In this document: in pieces, positions 1-9,771 of the stretch
Position numbering within the stretch: the stretch's first letter is position 1
Layout: each line of letters begins with the position of its first letter
NCBI GenBank assembly: GCA_002688925.1
Contig: NZEC01000011.1
Span: 61,695-125,694, forward strand
DNA: 64,000 nt
Source: an archaeon
GTDB lineage: Archaea > Nanobdellota > Nanobdellia > Woesearchaeales > GW2011-AR4
Direction: 5' to 3'
The notes under the pieces: model-generated
What the model was told of the DNA's origin: nothing
The model's input: the letters and a program-made list of their open reading frames with translations, nothing else
The model's database searches: none
Made by a program: the position numbers and the translations under genes

Positions 1-25
1 TATAGCAATAGACGCTCCTTTAATC

Positions 26-913
26 ATGCTTGGGCTGCTATTTTACCTTTTTATAATCATGAGGCATTACAGGAAATACAATGTGGAAAGCCTCATTTAC
101 AGAATAGGGAAATTTGGCGAGATATTTTATGAAAAATTTATCTCATTATTCCATTATAAAAAAACAATTCTTTTGGGAATTTCAGGAATGTTAGTGTTGC
201 ACTTGCTTACAGATGCATTAAGCTTCATATTGCCATATATCTTAACATTTAGGGATTCGCTTTATTTCAGTCAATTGGGAGCGGGCCACGACTCATTAAT
301 ACCCTTATTTTTAGGCCAAATTGAAAATCAGCCTTTTCTTGAGCAGTTTTCATTATTTTTTGTCTATCTGTTAAACGCAATAGGGATTTTATTTTTGCTG
401 ATATTGCCGTCTTTTTTTTGGTACAGTGCTTTTACAGGCAGGATTTATCATGCCAGCAAATTAAGGCTGGCATTGTTTTTCAGCTCAGTATCTGTTTTGC
501 TGATAGCCCCTGTTTTTAGCATCAGCAGATTAAAAGACAAGGCCATTTTAGGAGTGGACATCCAGACCGGATTTGCAAATAATATATTTTTCAGCAGTTT
601 TTTTCAGGTGTTATTTTTTGTAGCTGTTGTTTTTTTACTATTATACCTCCTGATGAAGTATTTCAAGATGCCCATAATTTATTTTGCAGTTATAACAACA
701 CTTTTATTTTTTACCTATTACATTTACCTCTTCTTTACCAGCCTTATTTTTTATTACATTGACATTATTCCTGCTTTATTTGCCGCATCAAGGCTTTTCC
801 TTTCCTTCCATTTCTTGGTATTTTTTGCTATCAACATATTGTTCTATGTGGCAGGCTTCATAATGCTTATAGATGAAATCATAAAGGAAAAGGTTTATAA
901 AAACTTTTTATAA
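26..913 (+). CDS. polytopic integral membrane protein, function unknown
   Basis: 295-aa ORF made almost entirely of hydrophobic F/L/I-rich helices. The frame stays open back to the window edge, so the true start may lie upstream. Confidence 0.45.
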   Translation: MLGLLFYLFIIMRHYRKYNVESLIYRIGKFGEIFYEKFISLFHYKKTILLGISGMLVLHLLTDALSFILPYILTFRDSLYFSQLGAGHDSLIPLFLGQIENQPFLEQFSLFFVYLLNAIGILFLLILPSFFWYSAFTGRIYHASKLRLALFFSSVSVLLIAPVFSISRLKDKAILGVDIQTGFANNIFFSSFFQVLFFVAVVFLLLYLLMKYFKMPIIYFAVITTLLFFTYYIYLFFTSLIFYYIDIIPALFAASRLFLSFHFLVFFAINILFYVAGFIMLIDEIIKEKVYKNFL

Positions 914-923
914 TTCTGTTGTC

Positions 924-1712
924 ATGGCAAGGTTGATTCTCAACTTAAAAAAATCAATAGAGGAAAATGCATCTGATTATTTTGAAAAGGCAAAGAAAAT
1001 AAAAAAGAAGATGAAAGGCGCCCAGGATGCCTTGAAAAAAAGCCTTAAAAAACTGAAGGAATTAGAGGCAAAAAAAGAAAAATACGATAAAGAAGAAGAA
1101 AAAGGAAAAAAGCTAAGGGAAAGGAAAAAAGAGTGGTACGAAAAGTTTAGATGGTTTTTAAGCTCAGATGGATTTTTAGTTATAGGTGGACGAGATGCAA
1201 CCTCAAACGAGATTGTTATCAAGAAGCACACAGAAAAAAATGACCTGGTATTCCATACAGATATGGCAGGAAGCCCTTTCTTTGTTATCATATCAAAAAA
1301 TAAAAAAATTTCACAATCAACTATAAAAGAAACTGCAGATGCAACCTGTACATTTTCAAGAGCATTCAAGCTCGGCATGCAGACAACAGATGTTTTCTAT
1401 GTTTCTCCAGAGCAAGTAAGCAAAAAGGCAAAATCAGGAGAATTTCTTGTAAAAGGGGCTTTTATGATCTATGGAAAAACCAATTATATTGAAAATAAAG
1501 TAAATTTAGCAGTTGGCATTACAAAAGAAAATGCAGTAATGTCAGGCCCCAAAGAAGCAGTAAAAAAGAACTGTAAAAAATTTATTGCTCTAAAACAGGG
1601 AGATGAAAAAGCAAGCAGCATTGCAAAGAAAATAAAACACAAATTAGATGCCGATTTAGATGATATCATCAGGTCATTGCCTGCAGGAAATTTTGAGATT
1701 GCTAGTTCTTAA
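924..1712 (+). CDS. NFACT-R/DUF814 domain protein (short Rqc2/FbpA-like ribosome quality control homologue)
   Basis: K/E-rich coiled-coil N-terminus, then SSDGFLVIGGRDATSNEIVIKKH...VFHTDMAGSPFFVI, typical of the DUF814/NFACT-R domain. Confidence 0.7.
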   Translation: MARLILNLKKSIEENASDYFEKAKKIKKKMKGAQDALKKSLKKLKELEAKKEKYDKEEEKGKKLRERKKEWYEKFRWFLSSDGFLVIGGRDATSNEIVIKKHTEKNDLVFHTDMAGSPFFVIISKNKKISQSTIKETADATCTFSRAFKLGMQTTDVFYVSPEQVSKKAKSGEFLVKGAFMIYGKTNYIENKVNLAVGITKENAVMSGPKEAVKKNCKKFIALKQGDEKASSIAKKIKHKLDADLDDIIRSLPAGNFEIASS

Positions 1713-1830
1713 TCGAGGTTAGTGTTAAAGTTGTGAATTGCGAGCAAGCTCGCTTACATCTCACAGCTTATGCGTAAATCTGACGACAAAACATTAAAAT
1801 TTATAAACAAATCAATAAATAAAGAATAAA

Positions 1831-2424
1831 ATGATATCAACTCAGGAAATGAAACAATTAGAGGACAATTGCGGCATTTCAAAAGGCGTTCTTATGGAAA
1901 ATGCAGGCAGGGGAATTGCAAAAGCCCTGCAGGATAAATTTGACATCAAAAACAAAAAAATCCTCATCGTTTCCTATCATGGGAATAACGGCGGTGATGG
2001 CTTTGCCGCTGCAGGGAATTTATGCGATGATGCAGAAGTAGATGTTCTGTTTGTTGGGGATGATTCAAAGCTCAAGGAAGAGGCATTGACTAATTTCAAA
2101 AAAATAGAAAACAACGACAAAGTTCAGATTTTAACATTGGAAGCAGTGGATTTTTCTGATTATGACATAATCTTGGATGCTATTTTTGGCATTGGAATCA
2201 ACGGAGAAATAAAAGACCCCTTGGCAACGTTAATAAAAAATCTTGGAAAATCAAAAGCAATTAAAGTTTCAATAGATGTACCTTCCGGAATAAACCCTGA
2301 TACAGGGGAAAAGGCGAATGTGTTTTTTGATCCTGATTTAATAATAACAATGCACGACATAAAAAAAGGCCTTGAGGGCTATAAAGACAAAACAGTAATT
2401 GTTGACATCGGGATTAAAAATTAG
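1831..2424 (+). CDS. nnrE: NAD(P)H-hydrate epimerase (YjeF N-terminal domain family)
   Basis: ENAGRGIA, YHGNNGGDGFAAAGNL and DAIFGIG motifs. TATA TTTATAAA at 1800-1807 lies 23 nt upstream of the ATG. Confidence 0.8.
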   Translation: MISTQEMKQLEDNCGISKGVLMENAGRGIAKALQDKFDIKNKKILIVSYHGNNGGDGFAAAGNLCDDAEVDVLFVGDDSKLKEEALTNFKKIENNDKVQILTLEAVDFSDYDIILDAIFGIGINGEIKDPLATLIKNLGKSKAIKVSIDVPSGINPDTGEKANVFFDPDLIITMHDIKKGLEGYKDKTVIVDIGIKN

Positions 2425-2439
2425 AATCCTATAAGAAAA

Positions 2440-2447
2440 TTTATAAA
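2440..2447 (+). promoter_or_regulatory. TATA box (TTTATAAA), leaderless spacing
   Basis: Ends 22 nt before the ATG at 2470; purine-rich AAGAAAA just upstream (BRE-like). Confidence 0.55.
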
Positions 2448-2469
2448 TAATATTCACTTTCTATTCATT

Positions 2470-2772
2470 ATGCCGTTTTCAAAATCATTTCCAAGGCAAA
2501 GTAAAACTAGTACTTACCCTCAATGGGAAGAGGTAACCTTGACAGATGCAGAGGAAAGGCTGGAAGAAAACAAGTCAAAGACAGAAAACATAAAATTAAT
2601 GAAAGAGTGCATTGATGATGCCAAATCTTTAATGCAGGAAAAAGGCCTTAAAGATTACCAGACAGATTTAATCAACCTTGCAGTCGCATTATTTGAAAAA
2701 AGGGCATCTCATGTAATTTATTGGAAGGAAAGCAAGGCAAAGGAAAAGTTTGACGAGATGTTCAACAAGTGA
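2470..2772 (+). CDS. hypothetical protein
   Basis: 100-aa ORF with no recognised motif. TATA-like TTTATAAA (2440-2447) ends exactly 22 nt before the ATG, the same spacing as well-supported genes here. Confidence 0.5.
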   Translation: MPFSKSFPRQSKTSTYPQWEEVTLTDAEERLEENKSKTENIKLMKECIDDAKSLMQEKGLKDYQTDLINLAVALFEKRASHVIYWKESKAKEKFDEMFNK

Positions 2773-2838
2773 TTTTTATTGAATTATTATTTTTATATTA
2801 TTTCTCAAATTAATAAAATTTACATAAAAGATAAATAA

Positions 2839-3051
2839 CTATTTTTTCTTATGCCCTGCATGTAGCATAGCCTCATCAGGTCCGTAAGTCATCGATATTA
2901 GGGAAGCAACAAACATCAGCACAAAAAAGATAGAGAATGTAAATCCCCATGTCCTGCTTCTTGGAAAAACATATATTGCAGAGATAAGAAACCCTACCAT
3001 GCTTGTAACCATAAATCCCCCTGTCAAAGGAGCAATGCCTGTTTGTTTCAT
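2839..3051 (-). CDS. small two-TM membrane protein, unknown function
   Basis: The ORF-track start is a GTG. The first ATG gives MKQTGIAPL... with two hydrophobic helices and a KKK tail. Confidence 0.4.
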   Translation of the reverse strand: MKQTGIAPLTGGFMVTSMVGFLISAIYVFPRSRTWGFTFSIFFVLMFVASLISMTYGPDEAMLHAGHKKK

Positions 3052-3087
3052 AATACACACCTCTTTTTAACTATCTTGATGTTATAT

Positions 3088-4173
3088 TTATTTAAATTTA
3101 ACGAATTTTAAGCTGCCAACTTGCTTCTTTGCTTTTTCAATGCCTTTAACAAGGTTATTCATGAAATCTTCCATTCTTGCGCATGCAATTTCTTTTAACT
3201 CCCCGCTTGTCATTTTGCCGGATTTATACTTCTTGTAAATCTTATTAAGCTCCTTATCATCTTCTACTAAATGTTGTTTCATTAATTCAAAAACCATATC
3301 TTTTTCTATTACAGCTCCTAATTTTCTGTGCTCTTCCAATGTATCCCTGCCGCCGCTCAAAGCCCTTTTTATTTTTTTGCAGACAGATTTTGGGTCTTCA
3401 GGCAGCTCAATACAGGATTCTGGCTTTGATTTTGACATCTTGATAGAGCCGTCTAATGACGGAGTATATTTATGGAAAACAGCGCTTGGAGCAAAAAACT
3501 TTTCAGTTTTCATCTTGGAAACAATATCCCTTGCAAGCAATATGTGCGGCAATTGGTCAGGGCCAACAGGAATTATTCCCGGCATTCTTTCTTTGAACTG
3601 AGGGTAAAGAATATCAGCAACTTGTGTTAATGCGCCAAGTATTCTGCTTGGCTCAGCATTTCCATAAAGGGCTAAAAATTGGTTCAATGTAACTTTTCTG
3701 GAAAAAAGCGAAGTTGCTTTCATCACATCAGAATTTTCAGATTGAAAATAAAATTTAGTTTTTTTTGGGTCCAGTCCAAGGGCAATATAAGCAGGAATGT
3801 GGAAGTCAAAGGCTCTTTTTCTTGCCTGTTCTAAAGAAACCCCCCTTGTAGCTTCTGCCTCCAGATCAGCAATTAAAATATAAGTCTCTGCGCCCAATTT
3901 CTGAAAATAAGCAATATTCTCAACAACCATCTTATTCCCGAAATGGATCTTATCGGCTGTAGGCATTATCCCGCTAAGAACATAAAACCTTTTTTTCAGT
4001 TTAATGGCATCAGAAATAGCCTTCTGCCCAATCCCGGAAAAGACAACGCCTCTTTTCATTATCCTGTTGGGCTTTGGAAACAAAGAAGCATCAAATTTCT
4101 CAAGATGAAAATCAGTGCTGAATTTACCATAATCCTTTACAAGTTCGCTTCCATATGGGTCTATTTTTTTCAT
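3088..4173 (-). CDS. trpS: tryptophanyl-tRNA synthetase, archaeal/eukaryotic type
   Basis: Class I HIGH-like KIHFGN, KMSKSKP loop, and a C-terminal SGGRDTLEEHRKLG...YKSGKMTSGELK block matching the eukaryote/archaeal TrpRS pattern. Confidence 0.88.
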   Translation of the reverse strand: MKKIDPYGSELVKDYGKFSTDFHLEKFDASLFPKPNRIMKRGVVFSGIGQKAISDAIKLKKRFYVLSGIMPTADKIHFGNKMVVENIAYFQKLGAETYILIADLEAEATRGVSLEQARKRAFDFHIPAYIALGLDPKKTKFYFQSENSDVMKATSLFSRKVTLNQFLALYGNAEPSRILGALTQVADILYPQFKERMPGIIPVGPDQLPHILLARDIVSKMKTEKFFAPSAVFHKYTPSLDGSIKMSKSKPESCIELPEDPKSVCKKIKRALSGGRDTLEEHRKLGAVIEKDMVFELMKQHLVEDDKELNKIYKKYKSGKMTSGELKEIACARMEDFMNNLVKGIEKAKKQVGSLKFVKFK

Positions 4174-4215
4174 TTTTTTAAATAATGAATTAAGTGCTTA
4201 TTAAATATTCTGTTT

Positions 4216-5076
4216 TTAAAACAGTATTATCAAACCAGCCCCAACCAGCATTATCACAGCCCCAACCAGCCTTTCCTTGATATATTCTTCCTTAAATATA
4301 AAATAGCCGTACAAAACACCAAAAATAGAGCTTGTTCTTTTAATGGATATAATATAAGGGACTATGGCAAGAGGTAATGCCAAGGCAGTGGTCATCATCA
4401 TCAGGCCAAAAAACAGCCCGGTAAAAAAGAAATTATTAAAGTTAGATTTAAGCTGCCCAAAACTTTTCCTGGATGTAAAAATTACTATTATCAGCAAAGG
4501 TACAACTACTGAAGGCAGATAAATTGCACTAATAAACAAAGGAGAGGATTTCAAAACAAGAATTTTGCCAATAGCAGAAGTTATGCTGAACAAAAAAGCG
4601 GCAGTTATCATATGCAAACATCCTTTTTCATTGAATATAAACCTAACTGGCCCTAATACACCTTTGCTTTTTTCCCTTAAATTTAAAGTATAGGTTCCAA
4701 TAACAACAAGCAGGATTCCAAAAAACCCGATAATTGTTGGCAGCTCATTCAAAATAACAAAGCTTGTAAAAATTAAAAATACTGGCGTTAAGGTCAAAAA
4801 AGGCGCAACTAAAGATAAATGAGAATTTCTTATCGCCTTTATGTAAAATATCCATGCTGCTACTTCAAATGGTATCGCAATGATTAATACAAGCCAAAAA
4901 TTAATATCAAGATCTGGTATAGGAATGAAAAACAGCAGCAATAAAACCATTGGCGCAGCAAATAAAAACCTTGACAATATCAAAATGTGGTTATCTGCAT
5001 CATGAATCTTCTTTGTAAAAACATCAGCAGTAGCCCAGAAAAATCCGCTCAACAGCGCATATAGAGCCCAAAGCAT
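4216..5076 (-). CDS. EamA/DMT-family transporter
   Basis: 286 aa, about 10 TM helices arranged as two repeated halves, typical of the drug/metabolite transporter superfamily. Confidence 0.65.
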   Translation of the reverse strand: MLWALYALLSGFFWATADVFTKKIHDADNHILILSRFLFAAPMVLLLLFFIPIPDLDINFWLVLIIAIPFEVAAWIFYIKAIRNSHLSLVAPFLTLTPVFLIFTSFVILNELPTIIGFFGILLVVIGTYTLNLREKSKGVLGPVRFIFNEKGCLHMITAAFLFSITSAIGKILVLKSSPLFISAIYLPSVVVPLLIIVIFTSRKSFGQLKSNFNNFFFTGLFFGLMMMTTALALPLAIVPYIISIKRTSSIFGVLYGYFIFKEEYIKERLVGAVIMLVGAGLIILF

Positions 5077-5077
5077 T

Positions 5078-5731
5078 TTATTTTACACTTTCCAATAAAT
5101 CTTTTATCGCTTTAACCTTATCTTCGCTTTTGAATATATACGAGCTTGCAACCAATACATTTGCTCCGGCACTGACAGCCAGGTGAGCAGTCTTAAGATT
5201 TATTCCTCCATCAACCTGTATATCCAGTTCTGGCTTTAATTCCCTCAGTTTTTCAATTTTCGGCAATACTTCTTCCATAAATCCCTGCCCTGAAAAGCCA
5301 GGCTCAACAGTCATGATCAAAACCATCTCCACTTTGTCCAAAACATCAGTTATTGCATCCAAGGGAGTTTTTGGATTTATTGCAACAGCAGCCTTGACAT
5401 TTTTACTTTTGATAAAATCCAGTGTCTTTCCCAAATACTCGCACGCTTCCTGATGCACAGTAATGTTATTTATCTTTAAGTTTGGATTAGCATCAATAAA
5501 GCCCATAAGGTATTCTTCACTCGGCTCCTTAACCATCAAATGAATATCTAAAGGAACTTTTGTATTGAATTTTTTCAGTAATTCAGCCTGCGGAGTTATA
5601 TTCGGAACAAAAACATTGTCCATAACATCAACCTGCAGCAAGTCAGAATAATCCTCAATCTCATCTATTTCTTCCTGCAATTTATCCATTTTAGCGGATA
5701 GTATTGATGGCACTATTTTTATTTTCGGCAT
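5078..5731 (-). CDS. rpe: ribulose-phosphate 3-epimerase
   Basis: IVPSILSA, DVMDNVFVPNIT, HLMV, MTVEPGFSGQGF and VDGGIN motifs. Confidence 0.9.
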   Translation of the reverse strand: MPKIKIVPSILSAKMDKLQEEIDEIEDYSDLLQVDVMDNVFVPNITPQAELLKKFNTKVPLDIHLMVKEPSEEYLMGFIDANPNLKINNITVHQEACEYLGKTLDFIKSKNVKAAVAINPKTPLDAITDVLDKVEMVLIMTVEPGFSGQGFMEEVLPKIEKLRELKPELDIQVDGGINLKTAHLAVSAGANVLVASSYIFKSEDKVKAIKDLLESVK

Positions 5732-5772
5732 TTTTTAATAAAAATTCATTTATTTTATAAATATTTAGTTAA

Positions 5773-6957
5773 TTAGCCTTTGCTAAGGAATATTATTTTT
5801 CCTAAAACATCCTCAACCTTGATATTCTTCATGCACTTCTGATAATCTGTAGAGTTTTTCGAAAACAAGCAGTCAGGAACCTGCCCTTTATGCACATTAA
5901 TGCACGGGGAAAAATCGCAATTATCGCCCTTGTAAACAGCAATATTTCCTTTCCCATAAGGCCAGAATCTTTCAGGCAGGTTAGGCCCGAACAATCCAAC
6001 TGTTTTAACCTTTTGCGCAGCAGCAATATGCATCGGCCCTGAATCATTCCCAACAAACAAATTGCATTTCTCAATTAAGTAAAAAAGCTCATTCAGGTTA
6101 AATAGCCCGGCAGTATTAATTATCCTATTATTAATACCCTTGACATCTTTTACATTATCTTTAATTTTCTCTGTAATCTCATTCTCTTTTTCATTGCCGA
6201 TCGATATTATCTTGTTTTTTTTATTTTTCAATAAATTCTCAGATAGCAAAGAATAATTTTTCAACGGCCACATCCTGCATTTGGAGGATTCAGCAGCCCC
6301 CGGAGCAATACCGATAATAAAGTCTTTTTTGGATAATTTTTTTGCTTTAAAGAATTTATCAACCTTCTCCTTATCTTTTTTTGAATAGCTCAATTTCTCA
6401 AGCTTTTTTAATTTATAATTGATATTCAATTTTCTCACTAAATCAAGAAACGTTTCAGATGTATGCTGCCTGTCATTATAAATTACTTTCCCATCATACA
6501 ACCCTGCCCTTATCCCATGAGAATACCCTAATCTTGATTTTCCTGTAAAAAATGATATTATTGAAGATATGTTAAGATACTCTTCCATATCCATCACAAG
6601 ATCATATTTTTTGTAGTTTTTTAATATAAAAGACAGGATAGATAATGGATTTAATTTTAATTCAATAATCTTATCAGCATTTTTATTCCCATAGAAAACA
6701 CTGCTGTTTCTTTTAGTTGTCAAGACATCAATTTCAGATTTTTTAAATCCGCTTCTTAAGGCTTTTAGGGAAGGCAGCATAAGAATTGTCTCTCCAATGC
6801 CCCATAGCTGTATAACTAAAATTTTTTTTGCCTTCAGGTTCAAGCTTTTTTTAGAACTGAAAATACTCAAAAAGCCACATACAGCCTTACCTATATACTT
6901 ATCCAGGAATTTTATAAACTCTACTGCCATATATATCAAAGTCAAGATATAACTCAT
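5773..6957 (-). CDS. glycosyltransferase family 9 (heptosyltransferase-like)
   Basis: C-terminal FVGNDSGPMHIAAA...GLFGP motif and the overall GT9 layout. Confidence 0.75.
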   Translation of the reverse strand: MSYILTLIYMAVEFIKFLDKYIGKAVCGFLSIFSSKKSLNLKAKKILVIQLWGIGETILMLPSLKALRSGFKKSEIDVLTTKRNSSVFYGNKNADKIIELKLNPLSILSFILKNYKKYDLVMDMEEYLNISSIISFFTGKSRLGYSHGIRAGLYDGKVIYNDRQHTSETFLDLVRKLNINYKLKKLEKLSYSKKDKEKVDKFFKAKKLSKKDFIIGIAPGAAESSKCRMWPLKNYSLLSENLLKNKKNKIISIGNEKENEITEKIKDNVKDVKGINNRIINTAGLFNLNELFYLIEKCNLFVGNDSGPMHIAAAQKVKTVGLFGPNLPERFWPYGKGNIAVYKGDNCDFSPCINVHKGQVPDCLFSKNSTDYQKCMKNIKVEDVLGKIIFLSKG

Positions 6958-6982
6958 TATTTAAAAATTCATTGATTATAAT

Positions 6983-7996
6983 TCACTTAACCAAATTCCC
7001 AGCTTTGCCTTTCAGGGACTTCTTAATATTCTCAACAGTTGTATCCAGAATTCTTTGTAAAGCTTCTATAGAATTAAAGGCATTATGTGGTGTTACAATA
7101 ACATTTTCTTTCTTTGCAAGGATATGGTTTTCCAATATTATCCTCAAATCGCATTTTTTTGGGAAATGCTTTGACATAACTTCCTTATCTTCCCTAACAT
7201 AGCATTCATCCTCAAGCACATCCAGGCCAGCACCACTTAAAATACCCTTATCCAGAGCATTAACCAAAGCATCTGTCTCTATCAAGCCGCCTCTTGATGT
7301 ATTGATTAGTATTGAACCTTTCTTTATTTTCCCAATATTGCTCTTATTAATCATGTGATGAGTTTTTTTATTATAAGGGCAGTGCAAAGTTACTATATCA
7401 GAATTTTTAAGCAGATAATCAAAACCAACGTACTTGAATTTTAACTCTTTCTCCAGCTTTTTGCTTTTAAAAACATCAAAAGCAATTACATTCATCTCAA
7501 AGCCATTAGCCATCCTGACAACATGCTTTCCAATACTCCCAACTCCAATAACTCCTAGAGTTCTAGCCCTTAAATCTATACCCCTTAAGCCCTCAATAGA
7601 AAAATCTAATCTTCTAGTTCGTTCCCAAGCTTTATGTATTTTCCTTGTCAAATTAAGGACAAGGGCAAAAGTATGCTCTGCAACTGTATTCTCACCGTAA
7701 TAAGGCACATTACTAATAGTTATTTTCCTTTTTTTGCATTCATTTACATCAATATGGTCAAATCCAGTGCTTCTCGTTGTTATTAATTTCAAATTTTTTA
7801 ATTTACCAAGAACTTTCTTATTCACCTTAGAATATATAAACACAGAAATAATATCAGCATCTTTTATTTTCCCTGCATTTTTCTCATCCAGTGCATCCTC
7901 AAAGAAATGCAGTTTATACTGCTTTAATTCTTTCTTCAAGTAAGGTATTTCCCAGTTTTCAATTTCAAAGAAAGCAATTTTTTGTTTTTTAGGCAT
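6983..7996 (-). CDS. D-isomer-specific 2-hydroxyacid dehydrogenase (D-lactate dehydrogenase-like)
   Basis: NAD-binding GVIGVGSIGKHV. ENTVAEHTFALVLNLTRKIHKAWERTRRLDFSIEGL is collinear with LdhA-type enzymes. Confidence 0.85.
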   Translation of the reverse strand: MPKKQKIAFFEIENWEIPYLKKELKQYKLHFFEDALDEKNAGKIKDADIISVFIYSKVNKKVLGKLKNLKLITTRSTGFDHIDVNECKKRKITISNVPYYGENTVAEHTFALVLNLTRKIHKAWERTRRLDFSIEGLRGIDLRARTLGVIGVGSIGKHVVRMANGFEMNVIAFDVFKSKKLEKELKFKYVGFDYLLKNSDIVTLHCPYNKKTHHMINKSNIGKIKKGSILINTSRGGLIETDALVNALDKGILSGAGLDVLEDECYVREDKEVMSKHFPKKCDLRIILENHILAKKENVIVTPHNAFNSIEALQRILDTTVENIKKSLKGKAGNLVK

Positions 7997-8052
7997 TTAT
8001 TTTTTATAACATTAACTCTTTTTAAATTTTTTGCAAGAGAATTCCAATATTT

Positions 8053-8490
8053 TTACAACTCACTCTGATTAACCTTGATATGGGTTAATTCTATGCCTAA
8101 TTTCTTGGCAACATCAAAAATCCTTTCATCCTTGTAGAATTCTCCGTAATATATCTTCTTTATTCCTGAATTAACAGCCATCTTAAAGCAGTTCCAGCAG
8201 GGGCTTGCAGTAATGTAAACCTCAGAATTGTCTATCATAACACCATTTTTAGCAGCCTGCAGAATAGCATTAGCTTCTGCATGTATCGTAGCAACACAAT
8301 GCTCATTCTCCATCAAATGCCCTGCTTCATCACAATGCGGCATCCCTCTTATGCTTCCATTATATCCTGTAGAAAGTATTGTCTTGTCCCTGACAATAAC
8401 AGCCCCAACATGCTTCCTGTCGCAAGTACTCCTGGTAGCCACTTGTTTTGCAATATTCATGAAATAATCTTCCCACTTCACTCTTGCCAT
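8053..8490 (-). CDS. dCMP/cytidine deaminase family zinc enzyme
   Basis: HAEANAI and PCWNCFK zinc-binding motifs; 145 aa. Confidence 0.85.
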   Translation of the reverse strand: MARVKWEDYFMNIAKQVATRSTCDRKHVGAVIVRDKTILSTGYNGSIRGMPHCDEAGHLMENEHCVATIHAEANAILQAAKNGVMIDNSEVYITASPCWNCFKMAVNSGIKKIYYGEFYKDERIFDVAKKLGIELTHIKVNQSEL

Positions 8491-8544
8491 ATTATTGGAG
8501 AATTAGGAGCCATTATTATAGTTTACTATTATTTTTTAATATGT

Positions 8545-9099
8545 TTAATTGCTTTTTAACGAATCCAAGTAAGAATCAAGATCATTATTAGCTTCTTCAA
8601 TTGTACCATTGCTTTCTATTATCTTATCCACCATTCCCATACACTTATCAAGCTGCTGCCCGGCACCTTCATCGTTGTTCTCTTTATTTTCATGCTCAAC
8701 AAATTCTTCAAATGTCTGCGCATCTCCTGTTCTATTTCTCTTTAAAATCCTTTTGTACCTTATTTTCTCATCTGTATCTACTCCAATAAATATAAAGCCG
8801 TCATTTTTCCTTAGCTCTTCAATTTCTCCGGGATTCCTGATACTGTCCACAACAACATCTTTGCCTTGTAATTTGCTAATCTTCTCATTAATCCTTGTAG
8901 CAAGAACACCATTGCCGAACTTTTTCCTCATTTCTGTTCCAAGTTTGATCAAAACATCTCTTGAATGGCCAAGGCCTTGTTTTGCAGCTTCATCCCTAAG
9001 AGCATCACTCAAAGAAAAATAAACAAATCCTTTGGATTTAAGATGTTCTGCTAATTCTCCTTTTCCAGCTGCATTTTTACCTGTTAAGCCAATTATCAT
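8545..9099 (-). CDS. P-loop nucleotide/nucleoside kinase (dephospho-CoA kinase / dNMP kinase-like)
   Basis: N-terminal Walker A IGLTGKNAAGKG; 184 aa; sits between nrdR and the dCMP deaminase gene. Confidence 0.55.
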   Translation of the reverse strand: MIIGLTGKNAAGKGELAEHLKSKGFVYFSLSDALRDEAAKQGLGHSRDVLIKLGTEMRKKFGNGVLATRINEKISKLQGKDVVVDSIRNPGEIEELRKNDGFIFIGVDTDEKIRYKRILKRNRTGDAQTFEEFVEHENKENNDEGAGQQLDKCMGMVDKIIESNGTIEEANNDLDSYLDSLKSN

Positions 9100-9146
9100 A
9101 TAAAAGTAGAAATAACCTTGATTTAATAAATTTTATCCCTTAAATA

Positions 9147-9599
9147 TCACTTCTTCTGCAATTTATCAAGCTCTTCCTCAAACCTATCCAAATCCTCAAA
9201 TTCCATATAAACAGAAGCGAACCTTATGTAAGCAACCTTATCCAGCTTCCTGAGCTTCTTTACTGTTATTTTTCCGATAATCTTGCTGTCAACCTCAACA
9301 GAGTCCCTTTTCCTTAAGTCAGATTCGACCTCATCCGCAAGCTTCTCGATTTTATCAATACTGATAGGCCTTTTTTCGCACGCCTTTAGTATTCCATTTA
9401 TCAGCTTCTGCCTTTCAAACCTCTCCCTCTTCCCGTCTTTTTTAACAACAACAATATCAGCTTCCTCTATCCTTTCATAAGTTGTAAACCTTTTATGGCA
9501 CTTTAAGCACTCTCTCCTTCTTCTTGTAGCCTCTAAATTCTCAGTTTCCCTTGTATCAATTACCTGGGTTTCCTTAAAATCACAGTATTGGCATTTCAT
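9147..9599 (-). CDS. nrdR: transcriptional repressor NrdR (zinc ribbon plus ATP-cone)
   Basis: MKCQYCDF...TQVIDTRE...RRRRECLKCHKRFTTYE zinc ribbon followed by an ATP-cone (VVKKDGKRERF...AYIRFASVY). Confidence 0.9.
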   Translation of the reverse strand: MKCQYCDFKETQVIDTRETENLEATRRRRECLKCHKRFTTYERIEEADIVVVKKDGKRERFERQKLINGILKACEKRPISIDKIEKLADEVESDLRKRDSVEVDSKIIGKITVKKLRKLDKVAYIRFASVYMEFEDLDRFEEELDKLQKK

Positions 9600-9771
9600 T
9601 TTTCCATCAATAATTCAATCAATAATGCAGCAGTCCATGAAAATTATTGCTTCCCAAGCCTTTCCCGGTTATCTTTTTTACTGCTTTATATTTATTATTT
9701 TGTTTATATTACTATTGTTTTTAAATCAGTATTGGCTTAAATATATATTTTTTAATGTTTAAATCCTTATT

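Noticed and set aside
9600-9771. NrdR-box palindromes upstream of nrdR
   Set aside because: I could not find the paired 16-bp palindromes expected for NrdR operators by eye. A proper motif scan is needed.
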